Positions 10,721 to 22,240 of a DNA stretch of 64,000 nt are shown here, one piece after another. The notes beneath the pieces were generated by a model. It ran no database searches. It worked only from the letters and a program-made list of their open reading frames with translations, and was not told the origin of the DNA. Origin of the DNA: Neophaeotheca triangularis (Eukaryota); NCBI GenBank assembly GCA_054600435.1, contig BAAIJX010000044.1, positions 1 through 64,000 on the forward strand, read 5' to 3'. Within the stretch, counting starts at the first letter, position 1, and the number at the start of each line of letters is the position of its first letter. The position numbers and the translations under genes were made by a program.

Positions 10721-13152
10721 TCGAAGCTGTAGTGACAGCAATCTTTCTTTCATCATGATATCGGCTGGGCGCAGCTGGTATGTGAAGAAGGAGTCATTGG
10801 ATTAAGGCCTTGAGGTGGACTTTCTTTTGCATGCTGTGGATCCGCGTATCGCACTTTTGTATGTCGTCGTGGAAGCATAGCTACAGATTCACTTCACGTC
10901 TTGAGGTGTGTTAAGTTACAGTCCTAAGTGTGAGAAATCATCGCTGAATATGATCAAGTATCAAGGCCCGGTAGGAGGCCGGAGGCGGTCATGTCCACCT
11001 CTGCTCCCATTTCGCTCCTCTTTTGCCGTTGACCTGTTACGAGAGCACTTCATGCGATCTGCTTACGCGACTACGCTGGGCTGGCTTTTGAAGTGGAGTG
11101 GCATCCAATTAAAACTATCCGTCGGGGGAGTCTACTGCTATTCGACTATTCCACACGCCTTCGACTACGACGAGTACTATGCAGCCGCTTCAGAAAGCTT
11201 CGCCGAAGGTGAGCACACATGGGAGCCTGGTTGTCTCGGGGATGATGATGTTCACTCTACCTCACCTCAGCCGTCTCCGCCCTTCGGCACCCTACAGAGA
11301 TTCAGAGTGCATTTTGCATTCGTGGCCACGCTGCGCTTTCTGATGGGGAAGACAGTCTTTGCGGCGAGAGGTCTTCGTCGAAGGGGTGGATTGCTATTCG
11401 ATCTTCTCATGCGCCCTCGAACCTCCACTAGCATTGAGCTGCCATAGCATGTCCGTCGTCTTGGATGCTCTTTTCATGCAAGGAGCGTATGCTGACCGCA
11501 GTACATAACTGCAAAGCGTAGATAATCTCACGCGCGAGCTTGAAGGACATTATATGCGCAATTATCGACACCCACAAAGACACCTTCTCTCTCCTCGTCC
11601 CTGTCGTATAGCCCTTTCGCCACTGCCTCCACGCCAACACCACTGCCATTACATCTTCCCATAAGCAGTTCCTTGGCCAGCAAGAAAAAAGAAGAAAAAA
11701 AGACTCGAATAAAGAAAGCCAGTGCTGGAACTTCGAGGCTGACTTTTTTTGTCGGTGCAATTGCCTGGAAACACAGCAAGAAGACACGATCCACATACCC
11801 TCCAAGGCCATACCAGGGATCCGGGCGAGCTGTTTTAATCGTCCAAGTTCCCGGAAGTCATTCCAACGATGGCCTTCCAAAGCGTTTGGCCAGAGAATTC
11901 AGCGGGAGTACGAAGCGGATCACTCGCGGGGTCACATACTCTTATTCCTCGAGCTTCACCGCCGCAAACTGCAAAGCGGCCAGCCTGTAGCAAAGAAGGG
12001 CGCAGGCGGTAGGTACGCCGTGTTTGGAGAAGGAGGGTCGCTAATGGCAAAACAGGAGATAGGCAAGCGTGGTATGAACAGGGCATAGACAACAGAAGTC
12101 GCGTGCAGGAAGAGAGTAGAAGAGGAAGAGTTGGACAAAAGAAAGATGCAGTCAAAAGCAGAAAGGTATATTTCGATAGTAAGGCAAACACTTTCCCGGC
12201 CGATTTAACGGTCACGCGAGCTGTTGCTGTTAGAACCCCTGTTGTTTCCCTTGTTCCTCTAGTAGCGGTTCTCGTTGCGAAGATGACAGTAAGTCTCTCT
12301 TGCAATCGCCTTTCCGGCCTGCTGCGACCAGCGCACTCCGTATCACTAGCAGCCCGATGACTGGAGGAGCAGTTTGCTTTACCGTTATGAGCACCCCGAA
12401 CTTGAGGAGCAGCTATGTTTTCCCTGGCTCGCAGCTTTCAAGTCTCGCTGGTTCGGGTTAGTTTCTTCTAGAGGCAGGCAAGTGAATTGAACCTTAGGCT
12501 GTTGCGGACCTTTTCCGATGGCTAGGATCTTTTTCTCTAGTCTGAGCTTATCTTGTATAGGTCACCACGCTACAAAGGGGAAGTCGATGAGGAAGAAAAT
12601 GTCCCTCATCGGCTCTAGCGGGCGCTCTCGCTACAGTCTCCTCGAAAGAACTGAAAGAAGCACATGACAGGGGGCGGTAGCAAAACCCCCCGCCCAGGAT
12701 GGTGACGGAAGTCAGGCTAAGAATACAACCACAAATGTATGAGCTTCAGTAGCACTAGTACTGGTTGAGCTCGCGATCAGCTCAGCGGCCTGCTTTAGAG
12801 GCACCGTGCCAATGGCCAGGGTAACTGCTCAAGATCGCAACATGTCAGGCGCCCGCAGAACCGCGATTGACGGCGGAGTAGCGAAGGCTGGTTTGATAAA
12901 GACGGTAGCGCAATGAAAGGTGGGCTGTAAGCAGGGAACACATGCCCGGTGATTACTGTATCTATCTTCTCGGACTTAGGTATGAATGCTTTCATTATCG
13001 TTCACACCGGGCGTCAGAGCGTGGAATAGCAAGCTCGTGTCACCCACACTTGGATGATCCAAACCGCCGGAGTCTGACGAAGGCAATGTCCGCAAGCCTT
13101 GCCCATTGTATCATAACCAGCCAGATCAAGCCGATCAGCGTGCTACATCCGT

Positions 13153-13926
13153 TCAAGCCCTCCTCGTGTTATCATACCCCCATGCATAAGGCCGCAAGCC
13201 CTCCTCCTCCAGCACCTCAACCGCCACCTCTTTCCCATCAACTAGCAGCTTCAACCACTCATCCCTCACCCCTCTCATCTCCCTCGGACAATGCTCCATA
13301 ACCTGCAAGACCCTGACCACGCCCTTTGCGAAAGTAGTTCCCGCCTCGTGCGCCTGGAGCTGCTGTTTCTTCATCCACTCCATGAAGTGCATCTTTTGAG
13401 TCCATGAAGTCGCCACCACCCTCTCTTTGCAATGTTTCAGCTTCTGATAAAGGGCTTTCTCCTCTCCCTCCGTCCGTACCATGAGCTCCACTTCCCCCTT
13501 GTGCCAAAGCCTAATGAAGTGTTCGCGCTTTTGAAAATTCCCAGGGTTACGGACGCGCTCGACGATGGCGGCAATGTACGCTTCATCCGAAGGTGAAGGT
13601 ACTTGATTGAAGAACTTAGCAGCAGCGAGATTAAGGCGGGTGCGGAGGTGAGAGAGCTGGAACGAATGGCGTTCATCGAGGCCACGGAACCAGATGGCGC
13701 GGGAAATGGCGAGTTTTTGATCGCGAGAGGCTTCAAAGTTGCTGCGGAGAGTGTATTTCCAGTCGTCGGGGTTGTGGGCCATGTCGCGGGTCATTGCTTC
13801 GGAGCTGAGGTCGATGGGTATAGGAAAAGGAGGGTTTTGGATTTTGGTTGCTCCTTCGTGGGTGAGGTGGCGGTGGGCGAGGGCCGCCATGATGGCGTCG
13901 AAGCCGCTGCCTGCTGGAGAGGCCAT
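13153..13926 (-). CDS. Hypothetical protein (~257 aa)
   Basis: Uninterrupted ORF from ATG (MASPAGSG..) with protein-like composition; no recognised domain. Confidence 0.7.
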   Translation of the reverse strand: MASPAGSGFDAIMAALAHRHLTHEGATKIQNPPFPIPIDLSSEAMTRDMAHNPDDWKYTLRSNFEASRDQKLAISRAIWFRGLDERHSFQLSHLRTRLNLAAAKFFNQVPSPSDEAYIAAIVERVRNPGNFQKREHFIRLWHKGEVELMVRTEGEEKALYQKLKHCKERVVATSWTQKMHFMEWMKKQQLQAHEAGTTFAKGVVRVLQVMEHCPREMRGVRDEWLKLLVDGKEVAVEVLEEEGLRPYAWGYDNTRRA

Positions 13927-14160
13927 AATGGAGGGAGTTCGAGTGTGTGACGGGGGCTTGCACTTGTTTGAACGGGTAGAGATTGTTTTTGGAGTCGGAT
14001 AGACGTGGGAAATTGAGAGCACCCTGAGAAAGGTTCGGTATGTAGTTTTATGACGCAGAGGAAGGGCAATGATTTAGAGGTTGAACGGAATCGTGTCGTA
14101 GTTCTGAGGGTGCTTCTAGAAGGAACAGCGAGAACACCCAAAGTGAAAGTGAACAACGCC

Positions 14161-14173
14161 TAGGGTTAGGGTT
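14161..14173 (+). repeat. Short interstitial telomere-type motif (TTAGGG)2
   Basis: TAGGGTTAGGGTT followed by CCCTAA. Confidence 0.6.
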
Positions 14174-14614
14174 CCCTAATCATTTCTTCTACGCGAACGA
14201 CAAGACAATTGAACCGAGGTTGGGAACGCAGCGACATAAAATACCCATTGCGGCCGAATACATCCATCTACTGCATCACATCAAATGGAACAGGCTTAAC
14301 GATAGATCACCACTTGACGTTGAGTCGAGGAAAACGATAGATAAGGGACAGTAGCCAGATGTCGTTAAAGAATAATGATGCTTCATCGGCATCTAGATTT
14401 CCCATATCATTGAGATATTTAGTCGGGGTTGTCATGCTACTAGCGCTCGCTAAACTCGAGGTGAAGTCGAAACGCCAGCCGAATTGGGAAAAGTGGACAT
14501 GGTGGATCATCTCCACCCGAGCTTGGCTCCGACTTCACCTTTCGTCCCGTCTTGTGAACTTCTGCTTCTTCTTCCTCCCTACATCATCAACATCTCCCGC
14601 CGTATCACCAACAA

Positions 14615-15652
14615 TCAGCTCAATACATCTGCATAGTCATGGTCAACGTTAACGCTCGACGAGATTGCGGTCTCGACTTGCCAAATGCGGCTTCGGGAAG
14701 TCGAGCCTCACCACCGTTTTCCCACCCGGAGATGGAATGGCACACCGCAGATGGCACCAAGAGCCGGGTCGGATGAAAGATCGGAGCAGCCTTAAGAGAC
14801 ACGGGACGGCTGTCGAGGGAGCAGAGCCATGCCGTATGAGGCGACAGCAAGACCGGAATCGACAAGACCGGGATCACTAGATACAGACAACAACGAGGAC
14901 CCCCAATCCCCCGGGCGAGATTTTGCGATGAAGCACCCGTCGGGATGATCTGGGAATCGAAATACCTCTTGTTCTCTATAAGCTGTCGTTGTCTGTCGGG
15001 CGGAGCAACACCTCCGCTCTTCCCCCTAGAGTCGTTACTGCTATAGACGCGCTAATCCGGCCACGGGGCCCTGCTGTGTTTATCCGGATCACGCATGTCC
15101 ACGGCCCAGGTCTTGTTCCGTGTCCCTACCTTGTTGCATCGGATGCTTAGCCCTCTTGCAGTCCATTGCGGTGATATGGGCGGGTTTCGCTGTTTCAATC
15201 GGATTGGAGCCTATTCGTCGATAGACTCTCGTGATCGCATGAATGGTGGTGGGAGCGACCTTTCGATGCTTTTCGGCGGCTGAGAGCCATGATGTCCTGT
15301 GCCAAAATCACAGGTTTACGGTAGGTGCTTCGGGTAGATGTCAGAAAGCCCCGTTTGTCTCCTAGCTCTTCATGCTTGTTGTACTGGCAGCGGTGAGCTT
15401 CTAAGCCCGTGGAAGACCGAATGCGCACTTGGCCGGAGCAGCGGCAGTGATCAGACTAGCTTGTCTCGCTACTCCTGCGTAAACCTTCAGCCGGCTTTTG
15501 TACTTCCGCAGATGGGTGGTTGTCGCAGGTATGTCTCGAGCTCTCGTTTCGCTGTCTTACGATGGTCTAGATCTTGCTGGCGTCTGGCGTCGGCGAGCTC
15601 TTGAGCCCGTATAAGACCGGCGGTCTGCCGTCTCTACTAGCGTATGAGCTGA
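14615..15652 (+). ncRNA. Candidate large structured ncRNA (unidentified)
   Basis: Nested long-range helices with G-U pairs on the + strand, closed by 14615-14626/15642-15652; no credible ORF. Confidence 0.4.
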
Positions 15653-16249
15653 CTTCTAACAATGGGGAGCGATGGGCTGTGGGGCGTTGCCGAACTTGAG
15701 TGCTATGGAGTCGAATGGTCTGCTCTTGGAACTTTCGCTTTGCTTCCTTTTTCCATCATCTCAGGCATCGGCGAGCTTCCAAGCCCGAACAAGGCAAACT
15801 GCTCATCCCTTTCCAATATCTTCGTCATCCACGTCACCGGCGAGCTTTGGCCCGTGTGAGTCAGCATACCTTGGCGTTGGGCGTCGCACACCATTTGGTC
15901 ACCTCGTGCAAGCCAAATCCTCACCTGCTTCTTCCTTTACAAAGCTCTCTCAGCATCGCAAAGTCACTTCCATACTGCAAATGCAATTTCAATCGCACAA
16001 CTGCTTCCATACTACAATGCCAACTCCACAGCAAATGTCACTATACCTACTCACACTATCCACCGCCCTCCCCGCGAAAAAGATTCTTCTGCGCCTCGTT
16101 ACCGAAGCTCTTAGATCAGTATTCCCCTGCAATCTCTGGTAGAGCTACACTGCCTCATCAAGCCTCCGCTAATCTGAAACATCGCTACAGGCCCCTCTTA
16201 TGAGCTGTAATGGCTCCGTCGACTCCACCCTGGGTATCGTGGTCTCGCC

Positions 16250-17420
16250 TTAGCAGGCCCCTTACACACGGTGGGGAAGGATTCTGGGTTGGCGAACCTC
16301 CCAATCAAGCCCCAAAGCCAGACAAACCCGTGGCCTCTACGGGAGGATCTTGGTTAAAACCCCGGTATCCGCACGCCGCGGTCAACACACAGCCTAGAGG
16401 CGTCTTCTGCTCTTCTCAAGCCCCCGCTGTCGGACGAAGTTAACCGACGATGCCCTGAGGGTTAGCCTCAAGATCTTGGTTAAAACCCCGGTGAAGGCGC
16501 CCAGGTGTAGGGGTGTTGTCGGCTTCTCTAAGCTACGCTGAGGAAGAGTAATGGACCCTTGTTGCCGGCTACTTGGATGATGAAGGCAGTTTCGGCTCGC
16601 AGAGTCCAGGTCGGCGGGCTGTGAAATTGACGAAGAGGTGGAGCTGGCTCAAGGCTTTGGTTGTGGCTTTGCATATACCCCGTAGGGAACCCCGATCGTC
16701 GGCCAGAAGCTAGGAAGTCACAGTTGGGGCGGGACAGCGGTGATTCTCCCGTTGCTCGCTTTGCTGTTGTCGGAAAGGCTTTTGGTTGGCTTTCGAGGCT
16801 GTTGGTTGGGACCGGAAAAAGAAGCCCTTTGGCGGCAGAGCTGTCGCAGGCCTGTGTAAGCCCACTGCGCTGGTAGCTGCCATGAAAGCATTGAAGCTGG
16901 GGGCACCCTTACGCAAGTCCGGAGGAAGACGCTGTGCGCTACCGCCGCTGCCTCCCCACGGAGCGCACTCCGGTCTGCCGCCTTCATACTTCTTCCAGCT
17001 TGCCCACTGAAATGGACGAAGCCACGTCGGCTACTCAAAAACTCACCATACCATTCACGGGTCCCGTGGAACGCTCGTCGAACTGGCCCCGCCACCCGCG
17101 AAGTCACGACAGCGTTTCCTCGACCTTTTTTCTCCTCACGGACCTGGCAGAGGTGGGATGTCGGCAAAGCCCTCGTAAGTCCAGAAGAAACTGCCGGGGT
17201 AGTCTTGAGGCGGCGTCGGCGGTTGACTTTTGTTCTTCTTCCCCTCCTGGCGACATAAGTCGTCGACATAGGGATGCTGTGTCTTTCTCGAGAGTGAAAC
17301 CACAGTGTCTTACTTCTGCTGCTGAATATCTTCAAGCGGTGGTTGTACGGAGGGTGTGGGGTTAAGGCTTATCTTGCTTTTGAAGGCCGTTTGGGGAGCG
17401 ACGGCGGGGAAGAGTAATGA
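16250..17420 (+). ncRNA. Candidate large structured ncRNA (unidentified)
   Basis: Nested helices (16261/16860, 16301/16809 and others), many hairpins, internal 21-bp direct repeat; no credible ORF. Confidence 0.4.
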
Positions 17421-18271
17421 TCCAGATAGTTTTACAACCTCACGTTCGCGTCTGTTTCTCGTGCCTGGCTGTTTCCTCACATCCGCCATTGCTCTGATTC
17501 TGTGTTGCGATGTCCAGCCTGTAATCAAACATTGTACCAGCAAGCTAGTGCGTATTGTGTTGGTTTCCCTTGCTGAATACCTTTGTTCCATGAAGCCCAT
17601 TTTCTTTGTTCCCCGACTGGATGTGTGCTTTCGCTCTCTCCCTTGCGCAAGACATGACACCGTCTCGAAACAAGGCCGCCCTATTCACCTTTTCTGCCGT
17701 CCTCCAACTAGCGCCACGGCTGTCCCGCCGAATGGGAAAGGCCCGGACCTTGCATGACCGCTACTCAAACTCTGACCCTCTTTCCGTTCTTTTTGACTGT
17801 GATGCGCTCAAAGATACGCGATTCTAGCCAAAGAGCAAAGGTTCTTGGTATTAGTGGTAGTTATCAGAGACATATGAGTGGTTTCGGGGCCGATGTAAGA
17901 TTTTTAAGGGGTAGATGGCGAAATCATTGCGTTGAGGTGACTGGGTTAGAAAATGACAGTGTTTTGTTTGAGGATGGCTAGGCATTTTCGCCTGGAAAGC
18001 AATTTTTACTACGAACGAGGTCTACCTGGCGGAAAGCAAGGGTATAGTCTTTGTACAATGGAATCACAAAACTACAGGGGCACAGAAGAAAAGGAGAAAC
18101 ACGATTGAGATGCAGACGGTTCGGATACACGCTATAGAACGCCGAGACAAGCAAATGCAAAAGCCAAACTAGTATAGCCAAAGATCACTGGACTCCTGCG
18201 ACCAAACCAAGCCCGGTACCAGCCCTGACTATAATGATACACACCCGACACGTTGCCAACTTACCTATTCT

Positions 18272-19240
18272 CTACAGGGGCACAATCAACCCATCACCGT
18301 CCTGCATGTCAAGCAACGACATTTCCGCAATATCATGGTCGCTGGGATTTGGGTGAGTTCCGTGAGGCCATTCGGCGATTTCTTCGGGGTGGGGCGTCCA
18401 GGAGCTGCTGAGAGAGAAGGCTGGGTAGGTGTTGTGTTCCGTGACCACGATGACGGCGCGCTCGATGGTACCCTGACGCAGCTCGCCGCGTAGGAACGTG
18501 ATGACTCGGGCCCAGCGGGACGTGATCCATGCAGTGTGGCGGTAAGCCATGGCGTTCAGTAAAAGCTGGTTTTGCATGATGTGGTGGTGGATTGTCAGGG
18601 TTTTTATAGCCCTGAACCGGGTAATGAGAGTAGGTAGGAGAGTGACGACACCGTCAAGGAAGGTCAAGCGCTCGAGGACAAGGTGGAGGTGCTGGATCTC
18701 GGGCTCGTACATGGGGTGGAGGCGTAGCTGCAGGGCGTTGTTCAGTGCGGGTGTGAGGGTGTGAAGGGAGGTTCTTACCGTGTTTCGCTGGAGGATGGCC
18801 ATGCGCGCTTCGTTCCAGTATCGAGCCGGGAGATTGGAGGGGAGGCTGCTCAGGACGTGGTGCACAGAGCCCGCGAGGCTCAGGTCGCCGGGCAAGATGT
18901 ATGGGACCGTCACCGCATCTTGAACGATTTGCACAGCGATCTCTGATGGCATGGCTGCTAGCATGGCGGCTGTGAAGGCTCTTCGGTTGTTGCCAATGCG
19001 AAGGTCCACTGGACCGTGACGGTACGGGCCTAGGCCCAGAGTCGGCGGAGCTTGGGGTGCTTCGGTGGATGGTGCAGAGGTAGAACCTACGGTACGAGCA
19101 GCAGGGGTTGGGGTGTCTTGCATCGATACGTCGCTGTCGTCGGAAATTGGGGATTGTTCCCGGTTGCGTTTGGGGGCCTCTGGACGTTCAAGGCTGTCCG
19201 AGGCCTCACGTTTCTTGCTCATCTGTTCGTTGTCAGCCAT
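18272..19240 (-). CDS. Hypothetical protein with F-box-like motif
   Basis: 322-aa ORF; MLAAMPSEIAVQIVQDAV resembles the F-box start LxxLPxEIxxxI. Confidence 0.7.
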   Translation of the reverse strand: MADNEQMSKKREASDSLERPEAPKRNREQSPISDDSDVSMQDTPTPAARTVGSTSAPSTEAPQAPPTLGLGPYRHGPVDLRIGNNRRAFTAAMLAAMPSEIAVQIVQDAVTVPYILPGDLSLAGSVHHVLSSLPSNLPARYWNEARMAILQRNTVRTSLHTLTPALNNALQLRLHPMYEPEIQHLHLVLERLTFLDGVVTLLPTLITRFRAIKTLTIHHHIMQNQLLLNAMAYRHTAWITSRWARVITFLRGELRQGTIERAVIVVTEHNTYPAFSLSSSWTPHPEEIAEWPHGTHPNPSDHDIAEMSLLDMQDGDGLIVPL

Positions 19241-19714
19241 CGAGGCGGTGTTGGGTAGAGGGAAGGGGAGATGTTGCGCGTGCCGTTGTTGTTTGAAGGG
19301 TCAGAAGCGTTAGAGTATTTAGGTACTGAAACGCACTGCAAAGTGTCTGATCTGGTTCCATCTCTCCTTCGACCTCGAAGGCGCGTTATATGTTCGCCTC
19401 GACAAAGAGCCAAAACCACAAAGCAATTGTGTCAATCAATGAAGCCCCTGTACTGTCGAAGAATGGCCTTTGTACTCTGCTTTGTCCTGAGCCACAAACA
19501 ATGGAGTTTGGGTCCTGAGATGCAGCCTGGCGAAACTGTGTTCTTGGCGTTAAGGGGTAAACCCTACCTCGAGCAACGTCAAGGGTGAAACGCTACAACG
19601 CGTCGAAGTCGGTAAACAAGGAGCACATCGCTACAACCACGCATCAATTCCATCAACTCCTGTCTCATCACAGACTTAGGTCAACGATCAGCTGCCTTCA
19701 TTAACAACGCAAAG

Positions 19715-20452
19715 ATGTCGCAGCCCAACAGACCAGACGCTGTGCCACCTACCCAGAGACTCTCGAGAACCCCGATGTCACGCCTCCCCACCTTCGCCTC
19801 GATCAAAGACACGTCAGACCGTGAGACTGCTGCACGCTACAGAACACTATTCGGCAAACTCAAGAAGGAGGTCAAAACACAGCTATCGCGCGAAGCAGTC
19901 TTGTCTTCCACGCTACCAGTCTCCGAACAATACCGTCCAAAGAAAGGACTCCTCGCAAGACAATACGCCCTACCAACCCACATGCCAAAAGACGGCGACC
20001 AGCCACAAAGCGGCACCCTCACCAAGCCCGCAAAACCCGAGCAACTCCACCCGGTGAAGACACTCTACCAATCAAGGGCCCACCTCCATACCTTCTACCA
20101 AAAGAAATACCGCGAGGCGTACGGCACCCATCCACCAGGCCACAAGTACTATCCTTTTCCAACGGCGCTGCAGGGGCCTGCGGGCAACACGTTTGCGCAG
20201 AGGCAGGTCTTGGACTTGGAGGGCTGGGCTCGGATGGCGGACAGAGTGGCAACTTCCCGGCGTAAGGAGTTTGTGGATAGAGAGGGGGAGGAGCACCCCT
20301 TGAGGGAGGTTATGAGGGTGGAGCAGGCTGAAGGGGTCGCGAGAGAGAGGAAGCGGAGGTGGGACGTGGAACCGGAGAGTAAGGGGTTTGTGGCGGCAAA
20401 GAGAAGCAGGTGGGACGTTGCGCCGGAAGGCGAAAGCAAGAAGCAAGAGTGA
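19715..20452 (+). CDS. Hypothetical protein with two C-terminal RWD (ULM-like) motifs
   Basis: 245-aa ORF ending ..RKRRWDVEP..KRSRWDVAP.. Confidence 0.7.
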   Translation: MSQPNRPDAVPPTQRLSRTPMSRLPTFASIKDTSDRETAARYRTLFGKLKKEVKTQLSREAVLSSTLPVSEQYRPKKGLLARQYALPTHMPKDGDQPQSGTLTKPAKPEQLHPVKTLYQSRAHLHTFYQKKYREAYGTHPPGHKYYPFPTALQGPAGNTFAQRQVLDLEGWARMADRVATSRRKEFVDREGEEHPLREVMRVEQAEGVARERKRRWDVEPESKGFVAAKRSRWDVAPEGESKKQE

Positions 20453-21646
20453 GCGATGGGGCTGTGCAGACAGGAGGTCTGTTGGTGAAATGGAGTTGGG
20501 TCGTTGTTGCGTTTGTGCATGGATTTCCTAGGTGCTTCGGGCGGTGGGTATTCTGGCATTCATTCGAGCGAGCAAAGCTATTTTGATACCACGATGAATT
20601 GTTGGACGGCTCGGAAACGTATGACAGTAGATTTGGGTGCTTCCTCGGCGGCCCATATCTGATATAAAAAGACGCTATGGTAGTAATAGGGCAGGATGCA
20701 GCCGCAGTCAATAGCACGTTCTGCGCAATGCTGCTCTCTCCAGCTCGATATCACATTGCCAGGAAAGATCTTCGTGGTTAAGAAACAGGCAAAGTAAGCG
20801 GGAGAGTTGACGGAACTCGGTGATGCAGATGTCGAGATGATTGAGACTCAAGGGATCAGACACAGGCTACATAAGATTCTTACCCGCCCTGTATTCTCTT
20901 CGCGTTTAAGCCGGGCATTAATAGCCACTGCAGATTGTTCTTTCGTAGAGGTCAAGATCAGCTCATGCGCTTTTAATGTGATCGATGTTTGTAGTATCAC
21001 ACCAATAAAAACTTTGGCATTGCCATCCTTACCGACTCGTCTCAGTGCGAATCTTTGTTCTCTTTATAGATCCTACGTCGCTTTTTCCGGGAGGATCAGG
21101 CTTCTGAGCTTTAGCGTTCTGGGTAGTCTTTCCAAACTTACGCGAGGAACCTCGTCATCTTTAAGGTCAAGGCGATGAGCTGGCCAAGTCTACTACCCCT
21201 CCAAGTGTGTCGCTAGTTCAGTATCATCCGAGATGTTCTACAGGCGGCGGACCTGACCGGTCGTGGCCGGATGCTTTGCCACAACATTACGGATGCTTCT
21301 ACCTTCAGATACTCCGACATCAGCCATAGAACTTGGCCGGGCCTGAACTTTCTGATCGCCACATCTCACCATGTCAGATCAGAAGTAAGACCACAGCCCT
21401 GTCGGGGGGGCGCGAAGTGCCCTCCTTACTTATGGGTTCGTCGGTTGCGGCATCACTATATCTTACTTCAGGAGGTATAATTAATCGAAGCACCGTGACG
21501 AGCCCAACAATGCTCGGCGTCAGCGCATTCGACTGTACCAACTCTTTTGGGCCTCGACAAGTCTCTCTGGAGAGCATGCTGGCACCGATGCGTCTCAAAC
21601 TACCATAAGGGATAGCTACCGTAACGCTTCCATCGCAACCGCTATT

Positions 21647-22240
21647 ATGCCTACTACATCAGTTACTCCCTCTCCCGTTCCACCTCTTGAGGACGTAATG
21701 CGCCGCCCGTCCGCGCTGGACGACAAAATTATGAACGATCTCTTCGACCTCTTCATCGCGAACATCGAGTACTCGGCCGGCCACTCACAAGCCTATCGTA
21801 CTTGTGCAGGGCGCATTGCGAGCACTTTCGAGAAGTCTGACGCCGCCGACACTGATTCTGACGCTGTGCCAGCGGCTTGGAGACGAAGTTCCGTCGGCAA
21901 TCCTTGTTCACTACAGACACTTGCGTCACGGCCGCCGACGGTACTCATACATACCCAGCGTCCATCTTCCAGATCCACCTCTGCCGTTCCGGTCACCCAA
22001 AGAGACGGTAGTCTTTCTTGCAGTGAGCTGATTGCGTCAATTTACCTTCTCGTACATCAGACAGAGTCACACCGAGAGCTTCAGCAGGACAGCGACGACT
22101 CGAACAATTGCTGGTTTCCGTACCGTCGTCAGCTTGCGTTGGTCAGATGAAACCGTCATTGATTTGAATAGCGACACTGCTGCGTTAAGAGTTAAAGCTT
22201 CTGATCACATCAACGTGTTTGTACCATTACTGGTTCTTTA
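21647..22240 (+). pseudogene. Frameshifted paralog of the 30.5 kb and 31.9 kb orphan genes
   Basis: KIMNDLFDLFIANIEY matches HILRHVFDRFLDFINH and HEIERLFDHMLQYINH. Homology (GLETKFRRQ vs GLTRKFNKH) resumes in another frame near 21860 and then meets stops. Confidence 0.5.

Noticed and set aside
15391..15862. Twister ribozyme or CRISPR array
   Set aside because: CCAAGCCCG recalls twister L4, but the UAA cleavage segment and pseudoknot partners are absent; spacing is irregular and the host is eukaryotic.
14450..17450. Telomerase RNA
   Set aside because: Size and long arms fit, but I found no CCCUAA/UAACCC template on the folding (+) strand and no convincing pseudoknot.
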